Source of the DNA: Candidatus Iainarchaeum sp.
GTDB taxonomy: Archaea; Iainarchaeota; Iainarchaeia; Iainarchaeales; DTGL01
DNA: 61,598 nucleotides
Assembly (NCBI GenBank): GCA_038895395.1
Contig: JAWANJ010000002.1
Location: forward strand, 1 to 61,598
Reading direction: 5' to 3'
How positions within the stretch are numbered: the stretch's first letter is position 1; each line of letters opens with the position of its first letter. Below the pieces are notes generated by a model. It did no database searches and was not told where the DNA came from. It saw only the letters and a program-made list of their open reading frames with translations. Shown in pieces: positions 28,185 to 37,683 of this stretch. The position numbers and the translations under genes were made by a program.

Positions 28185-28805
28185 ATGATTTTCCTTATGG
28201 AAGAACAGGAATTGATTCTGAAAAGCAATCAGCTTAAAGCGCTTTCATCTGATACTCGCCAAGAAATACTTAAGCTGCTGCTTTCAAGGAATCATACTGT
28301 TTCTGAACTTGCAAGAAAACTTAACTGTTCAAAGTCAACAATTTATGAACATATAAAAAAGCTAGAAGAAGCTGGGCTAGTTGAGCGCATAGATAACGGT
28401 TTTGCGCATAAATGGGTTTATTATCGCGTTACTAGAAAAGGCACAATGTTTTTCGACAAAAGCAGGCGCATTTTGCTGGTTTTGGCAGGCATATTTTTAA
28501 TTTTAGCCTTAGTTCAGTTTGGAATTCTATTTTTCGGTGTTTCAGCACAACAAATGTCAAAATTAGAAAGTACCGTTGCCATAAGAAAGAGTGAAGAAAC
28601 TATTGTAACTGACTACGAAAAAGGTTTAGAAATCAAAAATGTGTACACACCAGATAGAACACAAATTACACAACAAAATTTACTTATATACTGTGCTTTA
28701 TTTTGCTTTTTGCTAGGCTTGGGTCTCTTGTTTTATTCTTTGGCAAAAAAACCAAAATTAGCAATAAAACTTTCAAAAAATACTGAATCAGATGAAAGAA
28801 ATTAA
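28185..28805 (+). CDS. ArsR-family wHTH regulator fused to two C-terminal TM helices
   Basis: LKALSSDTRQEILKLLLSRNHTVSELARKLNCSKSTIYEHIKKLEEAGLVER...YYRVT, followed by TM segments ILLVLAGIFLILALVQFGILFFGV and LLIYCALFCFLLGLGLLFYSL. Confidence 0.7.
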   Translation: MIFLMEEQELILKSNQLKALSSDTRQEILKLLLSRNHTVSELARKLNCSKSTIYEHIKKLEEAGLVERIDNGFAHKWVYYRVTRKGTMFFDKSRRILLVLAGIFLILALVQFGILFFGVSAQQMSKLESTVAIRKSEETIVTDYEKGLEIKNVYTPDRTQITQQNLLIYCALFCFLLGLGLLFYSLAKKPKLAIKLSKNTESDERN

Positions 28806-28811
28806 GAAATC

Positions 28812-29126
28812 TTAAAGCTTTGGTATCTTTTTTGTGGTGCTTAAAAATCTCTTGTTGCAGCGTTCCATGCCACATTTAGCCACAAAATAACTGCAATAAA
28901 GCTCATTGTCCTTGACTTTAAGGTACTCACAACTTTTCCAAGCTTCTGATCCGTCCTTAGCCATTATATTGACTGGATTTGTCTGTTCTGGAGACAAAAT
29001 CTTTGGTTCTACCTTTGGGGTATAAACTTCAGACGAGGCTCCACCATAGGTGGGCTTTTGAGCACTTTTTTGAGCCTTGACTACCTTAACGTAACTGTCA
29101 AGAGCCATAAAGATAAATTTACACAA
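28812..29126 (-). CDS. hypothetical Cys-containing protein
   Basis: 104-aa ORF with C-terminal CEYLKVKDNELYCSYFVAKCGMERC. No family recognised. Confidence 0.35.
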   Translation of the reverse strand: MCKFIFMALDSYVKVVKAQKSAQKPTYGGASSEVYTPKVEPKILSPEQTNPVNIMAKDGSEAWKSCEYLKVKDNELYCSYFVAKCGMERCNKRFLSTTKKIPKL

Positions 29127-29188
29127 TATATTTTTAAATCTGATTCAATCATTTTTAGGAGCTAAAAAAAAAAAACAAAAAAAAACGA

Positions 29189-29263
29189 AGCCCCGGGCGG
29201 GATTTGCACCCGCGACCTCCACATTACCAGTGTGGCGCTCTTGCTGACTAAAGCTACCGGGGC
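29189..29263 (-). tRNA. tRNA-Thr(GGU)
   Basis: Hand-folded 75-nt cloverleaf: GCCCCGG/CCGGGGC acceptor, anticodon arm CCACA-CTGGTAA-TGTGG, T arm GCGGG-TGCAAAT-CCCGC. Confidence 0.9.
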
Positions 29264-29297
29264 ATTTCAACATTAACTTTTTTGATGGAATTTATTT

Positions 29298-30560
29298 TTA
29301 TAATATTTCTTTCTTGATGGCATCAATTGAGCTGATATCTATAAGCTTCTCTTGACCTGTGACCATATTGCGTAGTTTAAGCTTGCCTTGGCTAAGTTCT
29401 TTGGGGCCTAATATTATGAAAAAAGGTATTCCTTTCTTTGATGCATATTCCAAATTTTTTGAAATTCCTCTTTGCATTAGATCAAGCTCAGTGCTTATGC
29501 CAGCCTTTCTAAGTTTTGAAACAATATCAAGTGCAACTTTTATATACTCATCTCCGAGAGTTGAAACAAAAATCTTTGTTTTAACTTTTTCAGCAATTAT
29601 TTTTTTCTCAATGGTGTCTAATATTCTGTCAACTCCGAAAGAGATTCCTGTTGCACAAAGCTTGCGGCCACCATATCTTTCTATAAGGTTGTCATATCTG
29701 CCGCCACCACCTATGCTTGGACCTTCAGAAGTCTTTAACTCCATTACAGTGTCTGTATAGTAGTCAAGACCCCTTGCGAGTGAAAGCTCCACATTGACAA
29801 AATCAGACAATCCTAAAATGTTGACATAATCTAAAAGCTCTTCTAATCTTTTTATCCCATCAATGCTTTGTTTTTTTTCAATTATAACTTCCTTGGCAGA
29901 GGCCAAATCGTTTTTCTGGATAACATCTAAGATTTCAGTATTTATTTCCTTTGATTCCAAGTCGCGCTCAACCTCGCTCCAACCAATCTTTTCCACTTTG
30001 TCTATTATTCTAAAACAATCACTAAGCTTTTCCTGCTTAATACCAAAGGCAATTGCTAAACTTTCTAGAATTTTCCTAGAGTTTAAAAAAAGCTTTGCAT
30101 CTGTGCCTAGTGCTTTCATTAGGTCATAACTCAGTGCTATGAGTTCAACTTCAGCCAATACGGAGCTTACACCAATTATGTCAGCATCCGCTTGTGTAAA
30201 CTCTCGATAACGCTTTGCCTGTGGCCTATCATAACGATAGACTCTGCCTATTTGATAACGCTTAAAAGGAATTGGGAGGTCTTTCGATGAAGCCACAAAT
30301 CTTGCTAAAGGCACAGTAAGATCAAATCTAAGGCCTAGTTTTCTACCACCTTTATCTTCAAAAGCATAAATCTCATCTTCTATTGAACTTCCGGCCCCGC
30401 CTTTTTTTGTAAGCAATTCAAGGGTCTCAACCACCGGTGTTTCAAGAGGTTCAAAACCATAAAGCTCAAATATCTCTCTGCATCTGTCTTCAATCCATTG
30501 CTTTTTCCTTGCAAGTTCAGGAGGAAAATCTCGCATGCCTCTAACTACATCAAAAGCCAT
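29298..30560 (-). CDS. hisS: histidyl-tRNA synthetase
   Basis: Class II motifs (RGMRDF, YRYDRPQAKRYREFTQ, GGGGRYDNL, GISFGVDR). 420 aa. Confidence 0.95.
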   Translation of the reverse strand: MAFDVVRGMRDFPPELARKKQWIEDRCREIFELYGFEPLETPVVETLELLTKKGGAGSSIEDEIYAFEDKGGRKLGLRFDLTVPLARFVASSKDLPIPFKRYQIGRVYRYDRPQAKRYREFTQADADIIGVSSVLAEVELIALSYDLMKALGTDAKLFLNSRKILESLAIAFGIKQEKLSDCFRIIDKVEKIGWSEVERDLESKEINTEILDVIQKNDLASAKEVIIEKKQSIDGIKRLEELLDYVNILGLSDFVNVELSLARGLDYYTDTVMELKTSEGPSIGGGGRYDNLIERYGGRKLCATGISFGVDRILDTIEKKIIAEKVKTKIFVSTLGDEYIKVALDIVSKLRKAGISTELDLMQRGISKNLEYASKKGIPFFIILGPKELSQGKLKLRNMVTGQEKLIDISSIDAIKKEIL

Positions 30561-30573
30561 TGAATCACCAAAA

Positions 30574-30645
30574 GGCCGCGGCTGGGATTCGAACCCAGGC
30601 CAAGGGCTCCACAGGCCCGTATGCTACCGTTACACCACCGCAGCC
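30574..30645 (-). tRNA. tRNA-His(GUG) with an encoded G-1
   Basis: G-1 plus GCTGCGG/CCGCGGC acceptor, C73 discriminator, anticodon loop CTGTGGA, T arm CTGGG-TTCGAAT-CCCAG. It ends 13 nt upstream of the hisS start codon on the same strand. Confidence 0.85.
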
Positions 30646-30862
30646 ATACAACAAAAATAAATAGATTTTGATGATTTCATTAAAAAAAACATGCTCAGTA
30701 CTAAATTTCCTTAAGCACATTTCCAAAAAGATTCGAGCAATGAAGTAAATCCCCTTTCTTTGCCATACAATAAAACTTCTGCCAAAGTTATTAAAAATTG
30801 TTTACATCTAAAGATAAGCAAGAAAGGCAAATTTTTAATATGTTTCTGACAAAAACCTTCTA

Positions 30863-31933
30863 ATGAACGAGCGTCTATTTCTCGAAACAAAGTCCGATGA
30901 AAGGATCGTAAAACAAGTTCTACAAATTTTGCTAAGGAAGAGCCAAACTTTTTATGATATAGTTCATAAGCAGGATGCGAGCATTCCCGAGCTATACTCC
31001 ATTCTAGAAAAACTAGAAAAAAGTTCAATCATCTCTAAGACTGGCGGAAAGATAAAATTAACAAAAGAAGGCAAAATGCTCTGCAAAGAGATGGGAATTA
31101 TTGCTGCATTGGATACCAAGTGCAAATTTTGTGACGGCACAGGTATAATGCTTGATAAGTACTTTAAAAAGCTTTTAATGGGCTATGAAAAATTGACAAA
31201 AGATAGACCAAAAGCATTGGCAAAGTATGATCAAGGCTATATAAGTGTGCAAGGCATAGTTACAAGGATTGCGTTCATGCATGAGCGTGGTGAGCTCTCT
31301 AACTCAAAGATTTTTGTTTGTGGTGATGACGACCTGATGAGCATAGCGCTAGGCCTTACCCAACTACCTAAAAAAATCGTAGCAATTGATATAGACAAAC
31401 GCTTAATAAATTTCATAAACAAAACCTCAGAAAAACTTGGTCTTAATGTAGAAGCCTTTGAGTATGATCTTAGAGAAAAGCCAGACAATAGGATAAGAAA
31501 AAGCTTCGATGTTTTTGTCACAGATCCTGTAGAAACAATACCTGGGATAAAAATCTTTTTGTCCAGATGCGCAGAGTCTCTTCAAGGAAAAGGTTGTTCT
31601 GGCTATTTTGGCCTCACTGCATTGGAAGCTTCCAGGAAAAAATGGTTTCACATAGAAGAGATGCTTCTAAAGATGGGCTTTGTAATAACTGATATAAAAA
31701 GAAAATTTAATGTTTATCCGTTTGAGGAAAGGAATCACAAAAGCTTTGAATCTAGCTTTAGAATCTCAAAAAAGTTGTCACAAAAGGGTAATTGTGACTG
31801 GTATCATTCTTCCTTTTTTAGGGTGGAAGCAATCTCTGAACCAAAACCTCTGATTAAAGGAAAAGTAAACCTCACTAAGGACTTTTACTTTGATGACGAA
31901 GCATGGGCAACCTCTGAAGAGCTTGGTAAATAA
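30863..31933 (+). CDS. DUF43/BpsA-like aminopropyltransferase (branched-chain polyamine synthase family) with an N-terminal wHTH-like domain
   Basis: YDQGYISVQ...RGELSNSKIFVCGDDDLMSIAL...IVAIDIDKRLINFI...FDVFVTDPVETIPGIKIFLSR match the conserved blocks I recall for the BpsA/DUF43 family. Confidence 0.65.
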   Translation: MNERLFLETKSDERIVKQVLQILLRKSQTFYDIVHKQDASIPELYSILEKLEKSSIISKTGGKIKLTKEGKMLCKEMGIIAALDTKCKFCDGTGIMLDKYFKKLLMGYEKLTKDRPKALAKYDQGYISVQGIVTRIAFMHERGELSNSKIFVCGDDDLMSIALGLTQLPKKIVAIDIDKRLINFINKTSEKLGLNVEAFEYDLREKPDNRIRKSFDVFVTDPVETIPGIKIFLSRCAESLQGKGCSGYFGLTALEASRKKWFHIEEMLLKMGFVITDIKRKFNVYPFEERNHKSFESSFRISKKLSQKGNCDWYHSSFFRVEAISEPKPLIKGKVNLTKDFYFDDEAWATSEELGK

Positions 31934-31980
31934 TCCTGATTAATGCTCCTTTTGATTATGGCATACATCCAAACTGCAAT

Positions 31981-32064
31981 TGCAGGAGGGCGGATTCGAA
32001 CCGCCGAAGGCACTAAGCCACAGCGCCCTGAACGCTGCCCCTTTGACCGCTCGGGCACTCCTGC
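31981..32064 (-). tRNA. tRNA-Leu(CAG), long variable arm
   Basis: Hand-folded 84-nt cloverleaf: GCAGGAG/CTCCTGC acceptor, anticodon arm CAGCG-TTCAGGG-CGCTG, variable arm TGGCTTAGTGCC, T arm GGCGG-TTCGAAT-CCGCC. Confidence 0.9.
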
Positions 32065-32096
32065 ATAAAACGCCACGTTCTTACTAAATTTATGCA

Positions 32097-32168
32097 TGAC
32101 CCTGCCGGGACTTGAACCCGGGTCAGCAGCTCCGCAGGCTGCTATGCTGTCCACTACACCACAGGGTC
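32097..32168 (-). tRNA. tRNA-Arg(GCG)
   Basis: Hand-folded 72-nt cloverleaf: GACCCTG/CAGGGTC acceptor, anticodon arm GCAGC-CTGCGGA-GCTGC, T arm CCGGG-TTCAAGT-CCCGG. Confidence 0.9.
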
Positions 32169-32218
32169 CTAAAGTATTATTTCAGTAGAAAGCAATTTAA
32201 TAGTGTCAATAGCAATTT

Positions 32219-33163
32219 CTACTCCCAGCGCATTTTTATAAAAATTGTAGAAAGCAAAGCACAAGGTATGTTGATAAATATTTGACCGAAGACATAAAAC
32301 AAAAAAGCGGTGTTAAAAGGTAAAATGAAATGGGTAAAACCTCTTGTTATAGCTTTAAGTGGCACATGTTCAGAAGCTTTCTCTAGGAACTTTTCGTCTT
32401 CAATGGTTTCAGCAACATCTTTTAACGCATCTTTACGGTATTTTTCCGAATGAATCTCCTGTGCCAAGTTTCTAAAATAAAGTGAGAACTTTCGGCTTTC
32501 TTCACAATCAGCGCTTTCCAATGCTTTGAATTCCTTGCTATCAAGTATTTCCCTCATAAGCTCTCTTTTTTCTTCAACAACCGCGTCACTCACGCTGTTC
32601 AGTGCAACCTTAATAAATGACTTTACAAAAGTCTTTTCAAACATTTCAGCATATAGCTCTTTTTCAGGCATTACTACTAGAAAACCTGAAACAAACAACC
32701 CCAAAGAAATTAACAAAATTAGTTTGCTAACTGCGGCACTTGTTGATCTTATTGTTTTAAACCTTTTAAGCTCACTTAGTTTTGTCTTTAAAATTTCTCC
32801 ACTGACTGCAAGGCCAATTATATAAAAAGGTATCAAAAAAACTAATTTTCTGAGCGGAGCAAAGAGAAAAAAGCTAAGTAAGAGTGAAAAAGAAACTGAA
32901 AAGATGCACAGTGCCAAAGAAATGACAGAATTTTTTGATTGCAAAAGGTAAATAAGAAGACTATTGGCTAATACGAAAAAAACAATAAAAAGCCAAAACA
33001 AAGGTGATAGCAAAACAGCAGTGATTGCATAAAGATCTGCTAAAAGAAACGATTCAAAATTGAATCCACTTAAGTTTAAAAAAAACATCGAGATAATAAG
33101 ACAAGCTGAAGATAAGCTAACTACGATAATTTCACCTTTATAGGCTTTCACCTTTTCCTTCAT
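32219..33163 (-). CDS. hypothetical polytopic membrane protein
   Basis: 314 aa. About 6 N-terminal TM helices, a charged helical soluble segment, and 1-2 C-terminal TM helices. Overlaps the map 3' end by 26 nt. Confidence 0.55.
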   Translation of the reverse strand: MKEKVKAYKGEIIVVSLSSACLIISMFFLNLSGFNFESFLLADLYAITAVLLSPLFWLFIVFFVLANSLLIYLLQSKNSVISLALCIFSVSFSLLLSFFLFAPLRKLVFLIPFYIIGLAVSGEILKTKLSELKRFKTIRSTSAAVSKLILLISLGLFVSGFLVVMPEKELYAEMFEKTFVKSFIKVALNSVSDAVVEEKRELMREILDSKEFKALESADCEESRKFSLYFRNLAQEIHSEKYRKDALKDVAETIEDEKFLEKASEHVPLKAITRGFTHFILPFNTAFLFYVFGQIFINIPCALLSTIFIKMRWE

Positions 33164-34064
33164 CTTCCATCACCAATGGAACTATTTGTTTTTCCGTCTT
33201 TATAAAACTATTTTCAGCTTGAGCAACATATGAACCTGGAACATCATGTAGCACTGGGTATGGCACCAACACCTTCTCACGCAGAAGCTGTCTAAGTCCA
33301 AGCTTCGTTTCAAACTCACTCATCTTAAGTTCTCTTATAACCCACCTTTCTGCAAATGGCAATGTTTTGTAGTTTTCAACTACAAAGCTTAGTATCCTCC
33401 TAGCGTATGAATTTCTAACAGGCTTTGGCTCATCAAGTCGGTATATATTTGCCTTTCCACTCTCTTTGACATATCCTTCGCCTGTACTAGCAAATGGTTC
33501 AATTGCGTAAGCTTTTCCATCCTTCAGTTTTATATTTGCTTTACTTTCTGTGTTAGGTATTACTGGTTGAGCATGTTGAACATATTGTTCAAGCCCGTGT
33601 CCTGTTAAGTTGCTGATTGGCCTAAAACCTTTTTCTCTTATTGTTTTTTCTATGCAAGAGCCAATTTCCCCAATTGTTGGATCTTCAGGTAAAAGTTCAA
33701 AGGCTTTTTGAAGTGCAGATTCTACAGCTTTTATTAAATCTGCGTGCTTTCCAGAGTGATTTATTGTAAAGGCACAATCAGCAATGTAGCCATCAATATG
33801 CACGCCAATATCCACTTTAAGCACATCTTCTTTGCGTAGCGTAATTTTTTCGTTCCAATCAGGCGTTTGATGTGCAGCATTTTCGTTAAAACTCAAATTT
33901 ACTGGAAAGGCTGGTTTACCCCCTTTTTTTATAATAAATTCTTCTATTTTTTCTGCACATTCAAACAGGTCTGCTCCAGGTACTAATAATTTTTTAGCAA
34001 AGCTCTTTGTTTTGGATAATATAAGGCCAGCAGTTACGTACTTCGCATGAATACTTTTGTCCAA
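33138..34064 (-). CDS. map: methionine aminopeptidase, type 2 (archaeal)
   Basis: FPVNLSFNENAAHQTP, DIGVHIDGYIADCAFT, GHGLEQYVQHA and AIEPFAS are metal-ligand blocks of M24A MetAP. Confidence 0.9.
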   Translation of the reverse strand: MDKSIHAKYVTAGLILSKTKSFAKKLLVPGADLFECAEKIEEFIIKKGGKPAFPVNLSFNENAAHQTPDWNEKITLRKEDVLKVDIGVHIDGYIADCAFTINHSGKHADLIKAVESALQKAFELLPEDPTIGEIGSCIEKTIREKGFRPISNLTGHGLEQYVQHAQPVIPNTESKANIKLKDGKAYAIEPFASTGEGYVKESGKANIYRLDEPKPVRNSYARRILSFVVENYKTLPFAERWVIRELKMSEFETKLGLRQLLREKVLVPYPVLHDVPGSYVAQAENSFIKTEKQIVPLVMEDEGKGESL

Positions 34065-34094
34065 TCACATCACCAGCTTATAGCCTTGATTTTT

Positions 34095-36524
34095 TCATGA
34101 GAATAACCCTAAATTTGACTGTTTACCTCCGGCTATTAAGTCTTCTTCACTATACCCAAACTCGCTAATTATTTTTATAACCGACGGTATGACCTGATTT
34201 TTTATATAGTACTCCGCATCATAGTTTCCTTCGTTTACGTATTCTGCAAGCTGAGCTTTATCACTTATGCTTTTTCCACATTTTGTGATTATATAACCAA
34301 TAACTGAGCTTTCACCAATATCACGACCCTTTGCTATTGCTTTTTTTGCTGCGGCTACATGAGGTCCAACACTTTCATAAGCATTTACGTCCTTCTTTAT
34401 TTGGGAATATATTATAAGATCATTTTTCTTTATCAAACCGTCACGTAGTTCTTTAATTTTTTGTTTCACGATTGCAACAGCCTTTTCAGGTGAGCCATCT
34501 TTTAGTATTGCTTCAATCACCATGCGCTGAGTTTCCTTTGCAATGTTTGCCCAATCTCTGCGTACATATTCAAAACCAACAATTTTTAGATTATTGTTTT
34601 CATCTATCAGCGCATACTTTTTCTTTGCAGCTTGTGTTATTTCAGCCTTTTTCGTGACAAATATGCCTCTTTTGTAAAACCCCTCAAGCTCTAAATTCAT
34701 AACACCTGGCAATTTTGAGTTTATATATTCTACAAAGGCCATTACGTCTTCTTTGCTTTTTTCTTTAGGAATCTTTATGAATGTGCTATCTGTGTCGCCG
34801 TATATTATCTGAAAACCTGCTTTTTTTGCTTCTTCGGCAACCATCCTGACATATTCCCGGCTCCATGCAGTGATTGCAGACGCACATTCTTTGCTGTACC
34901 ATCTGAATCTTGCATAGCCAAGTGATCCGTAAAATGAATTTAATATTATTTTTAGTGAGTGCTGTCTAGCATCCGCAAGCAAATACTCCTTGCTATCTTT
35001 TTTAAGGAGCTTTAAAGATTTTTTTATTGCAACGCGTTCTTCAAATAATCTGCGTATTACTTTTGGCACAAACCCAACCTTTTTAGTACAAAACCAATAT
35101 TTGATTGGGCTAGAATTTTTTTCAGAGCATTCTTTGTGGTTGCAGTTCAGTGAATCAGGGCTTACATTGTGGGATATTATAATTGTTGGATGCAAGCTTG
35201 TGAAGTCTAAAACAGCTATGTTTTCGTGAAGGCCTGGTAATGGCTCATATACAAACCCCCCTTGATAAGTTTGCATTGTTCTTTCTTTTACTTCTTGATC
35301 GCTTGGTTTATTTGGCACAAGAATATCGCTATTAGATGCTTCGCCTATAAGAAGGGCCTCAACAAGCTGGGAGCTTGAACTTCTACTAACATCAAAAAGA
35401 GTGTAGTGCACAAGTTTTCCAAGTTCTATAAAAAGAGGAAGATAGTTGCTAGCAATTCTATATGCAACGTCAGAGTCTAGAAGATTATAGTCTGCTAGCC
35501 TTTCTAATCCAACCTTGCTTTTCCATATGGCATTTATCTCATTGGCGGGTATTTTTTCTTTAGGTTCATTAAACAATGTTTTACTTACGCTTTCCAAATC
35601 CAACTTAATTAGATTTACCACACCAAATCGCATCAACATGCGCAAAATTTGGTAAGCATCAATATGTGGTCTACCACGAACTTTTACAGCAGATTCTCTT
35701 GTCTTTTTCACGCCTATGGGTTCTGAGTTATCTACGCCAATGTCAAATTTTGTTTTTAGCTTTGCAGCTCGTACTTTCAGATATGGCAAGTCAAAATTAT
35801 CACCGTTGTAAGTCACAAGAATATCCAAATCTTTATTTTTTATCTTTTCAACCAACTTTTCTATAAGTTCCTTTTCACTGTCCACTTTGATTGCATAACT
35901 GATATTTATTTTTTCTGTACAAAAAACCAGTTTTTCTTCATTGTCAACATATGAAGCCATTATTATTGGATCTTTCTCAGGATTGGAGAATCTTTCTGGG
36001 GAATATGTTTCAATGTCAATGGCCCCAATTCTCAAATCGAGAACAGGGTCAACGCTTTTTTCTATTTTTTTATAATTTTTAAGTTCTTTTGTTATTTCAT
36101 CATATTCTATCTCGTAGAAAGAAAAAGACTCTAAGCCTGTATCAAAAAGAAATCTCTTTACAAAAGGAATATCATATTCGCGCTTATGGGTCACAAATTC
36201 TTGTTCTCTTATCGCTTCGCGAGCATCTTTCAGGTCTTTGGTTGACTTGAAAAAAACTTTTATCACAGTTGTTTTTTCATCTGATCCAAACAAGTATTTC
36301 TCAACTGGTACTGCCTCGACAATCTTTACTCCATTAAATTCTCTTTCAAGCAGTTTCTTTATTGCTTCTTGAGCTGAAATGTTAACTGTTATGTATAAAT
36401 AAGGCCTGTAATTTGGCATATATAGCATTATTTTCCCATTCTTTGTCTTGAAGAATAAAACTATCTTTGACTCTTCACCTTTAAGGTGGTCTACATCCAG
36501 CAAAAGAGCTTCTTCTTTCTTCAT
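34095..36524 (-). CDS. polB: family B DNA polymerase
   Basis: Exo motifs (IGAIDIETYS; YNGDNFDLPYL), polymerase motifs A (LDFTSLHPTII), B (KIILNSFYGSLGY) and C (YGDTDS). 809 aa. Confidence 0.95.
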   Translation of the reverse strand: MKKEEALLLDVDHLKGEESKIVLFFKTKNGKIMLYMPNYRPYLYITVNISAQEAIKKLLEREFNGVKIVEAVPVEKYLFGSDEKTTVIKVFFKSTKDLKDAREAIREQEFVTHKREYDIPFVKRFLFDTGLESFSFYEIEYDEITKELKNYKKIEKSVDPVLDLRIGAIDIETYSPERFSNPEKDPIIMASYVDNEEKLVFCTEKINISYAIKVDSEKELIEKLVEKIKNKDLDILVTYNGDNFDLPYLKVRAAKLKTKFDIGVDNSEPIGVKKTRESAVKVRGRPHIDAYQILRMLMRFGVVNLIKLDLESVSKTLFNEPKEKIPANEINAIWKSKVGLERLADYNLLDSDVAYRIASNYLPLFIELGKLVHYTLFDVSRSSSSQLVEALLIGEASNSDILVPNKPSDQEVKERTMQTYQGGFVYEPLPGLHENIAVLDFTSLHPTIIISHNVSPDSLNCNHKECSEKNSSPIKYWFCTKKVGFVPKVIRRLFEERVAIKKSLKLLKKDSKEYLLADARQHSLKIILNSFYGSLGYARFRWYSKECASAITAWSREYVRMVAEEAKKAGFQIIYGDTDSTFIKIPKEKSKEDVMAFVEYINSKLPGVMNLELEGFYKRGIFVTKKAEITQAAKKKYALIDENNNLKIVGFEYVRRDWANIAKETQRMVIEAILKDGSPEKAVAIVKQKIKELRDGLIKKNDLIIYSQIKKDVNAYESVGPHVAAAKKAIAKGRDIGESSVIGYIITKCGKSISDKAQLAEYVNEGNYDAEYYIKNQVIPSVIKIISEFGYSEEDLIAGGKQSNLGLFS

Positions 36525-36662
36525 ATGCCTTATTAAAAAAATTAGAAGGTATTATTATATTACTTTGTGATTTTGCTTATCCGTTTTCTTCTCCTTGTGT
36601 GGCTGAAAAGCCATTATGGTTCAAAGAAAGGCTTTTATTGGTGAAGTGTCATCTATATTTTC

Positions 36663-36947
36663 ATGGATATGCTAGAAATACTTTTCGGCCGAAGCGATTT
36701 TGCCACAAATCTTTGGTTCGTGCTCTGCATAGTTTATTCGATATGGATCTTTGGCTGGCTTAAAAAGCAGCTTGGCTCTGCTAAAATATCCTTAGTACTC
36801 ACAGCCTTGATAGTGTACATCATATTTGTGCAATATCCTGAGCTTGTGCTTATTCCCGTAATCCTTTTTTTGATTCAGACATTCTTTAGTGGCATGTTTG
36901 AAAAGATACCTGCTGGTAGCAAGAAACCAGAATATCTAAAAGATTAG
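36663..36947 (+). CDS. small membrane protein (about 3 TM), member of the giant-protein locus neighbourhood
   Basis: 94 aa, hydrophobic. First of three tightly packed plus-strand small membrane ORFs. Confidence 0.5.
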   Translation: MDMLEILFGRSDFATNLWFVLCIVYSIWIFGWLKKQLGSAKISLVLTALIVYIIFVQYPELVLIPVILFLIQTFFSGMFEKIPAGSKKPEYLKD

Positions 36948-36955
36948 GTGATTAA

Positions 36956-37273
36956 ATGGACATCCTGATGCTAGCGGTTACAGTAGTACTGATGATGTTG
37001 TTCATGCAGTATAATCAGTTTTGGCTTGTTCTTGGAATTCTTTTAGTAATGGTTCTCACATCTAGATCTTTCTCAACAACTTTTGTTCTTTTGCTAGCTT
37101 TCTTTCTTATCTATCTAACAAAAGACTTTCTTAAAGAACTTTGGCTTGCCATAACAATTTTTGTCATAGTGTTGGCATTGTCCCTAAGCTTTAGGAAAGA
37201 AGAAAGACAAGAATATCCACCTGATATGGCTGGATTTGGAGGTCCCCTTGATCAAGGTGGCTTTGGCATGTGA
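36956..37273 (+). CDS. small membrane protein (3-4 TM) with a Gly-rich C-terminal tail
   Basis: 105 aa. TM segments followed by PPDMAGFGGPLDQGGFGM. 8 nt after the previous ORF. Confidence 0.5.
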   Translation: MDILMLAVTVVLMMLFMQYNQFWLVLGILLVMVLTSRSFSTTFVLLLAFFLIYLTKDFLKELWLAITIFVIVLALSLSFRKEERQEYPPDMAGFGGPLDQGGFGM

Positions 37274-37665
37274 TAAAAATGCTCGAAATTTTTTTCTTAT
37301 TGTTTTTTATAGCACTTTTCCTTTTTTTGATACGAGTAACCTTTTTTGCAATATTTTTCCTTATGGCTGCATTTCTTTATGTGCTTTTTTTCTTTTTTGG
37401 TAGGCTTTTAGCTAATATGCGCAAAGGAGTTGCAAAGTTGGAAAGCTCAACAAAGAAGGAGATCAACGCAATTGAAAAAGCAGGTACATCATATCCAGAA
37501 GGTGCCCTTTCTGAAATGCTAAAAGAAGCGGGGCGAAAGACTGGAGAACATATTTTTTATGAAGATGCACGTTGGTCAGCAGGTGAATCTTCAAAGGAGT
37601 TAAGAGCAAGGTTAGGGAAAACAGCTAAAAATATTTCGTCAAGGTTTCTTGGGCTTTTTAAGTAA
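37270..37665 (+). CDS. membrane protein (2 TM) with a soluble charged C-terminal domain
   Basis: 131 aa. The GTG start overlaps the previous stop; an alternative ATG lies at 37279. Confidence 0.5.
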   Translation: MIKMLEIFFLLFFIALFLFLIRVTFFAIFFLMAAFLYVLFFFFGRLLANMRKGVAKLESSTKKEINAIEKAGTSYPEGALSEMLKEAGRKTGEHIFYEDARWSAGESSKELRARLGKTAKNISSRFLGLFK

Positions 37666-37683
37666 ACTTTATTTTTTTAGTTC

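Noticed and set aside
30711-31028. 105-aa minus-strand ORF overlapping the start of the bpsA-like gene
   Set aside because: It overlaps a better-supported gene on the other strand by 166 nt and has no recognisable features. It is probably spurious.
31885-32154. 89-aa minus-strand ORF spanning the tRNA-Leu and tRNA-Arg genes
   Set aside because: It is entirely explained by two well-folding tRNA genes. The translation (AACGAADPGSSPG...) is typical of reading through GC-rich tRNA sequence.
22850-32168. The tRNA-dense 10-kb stretch, considered as an integrated mobile element or genomic island
   Set aside because: I saw no integrase, transposase, or viral or plasmid hallmark genes, and no duplicated tRNA 3' ends. 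The content is mostly housekeeping (hisS, rpiA-like, LbH protein), so it is more likely ordinary chromosome.
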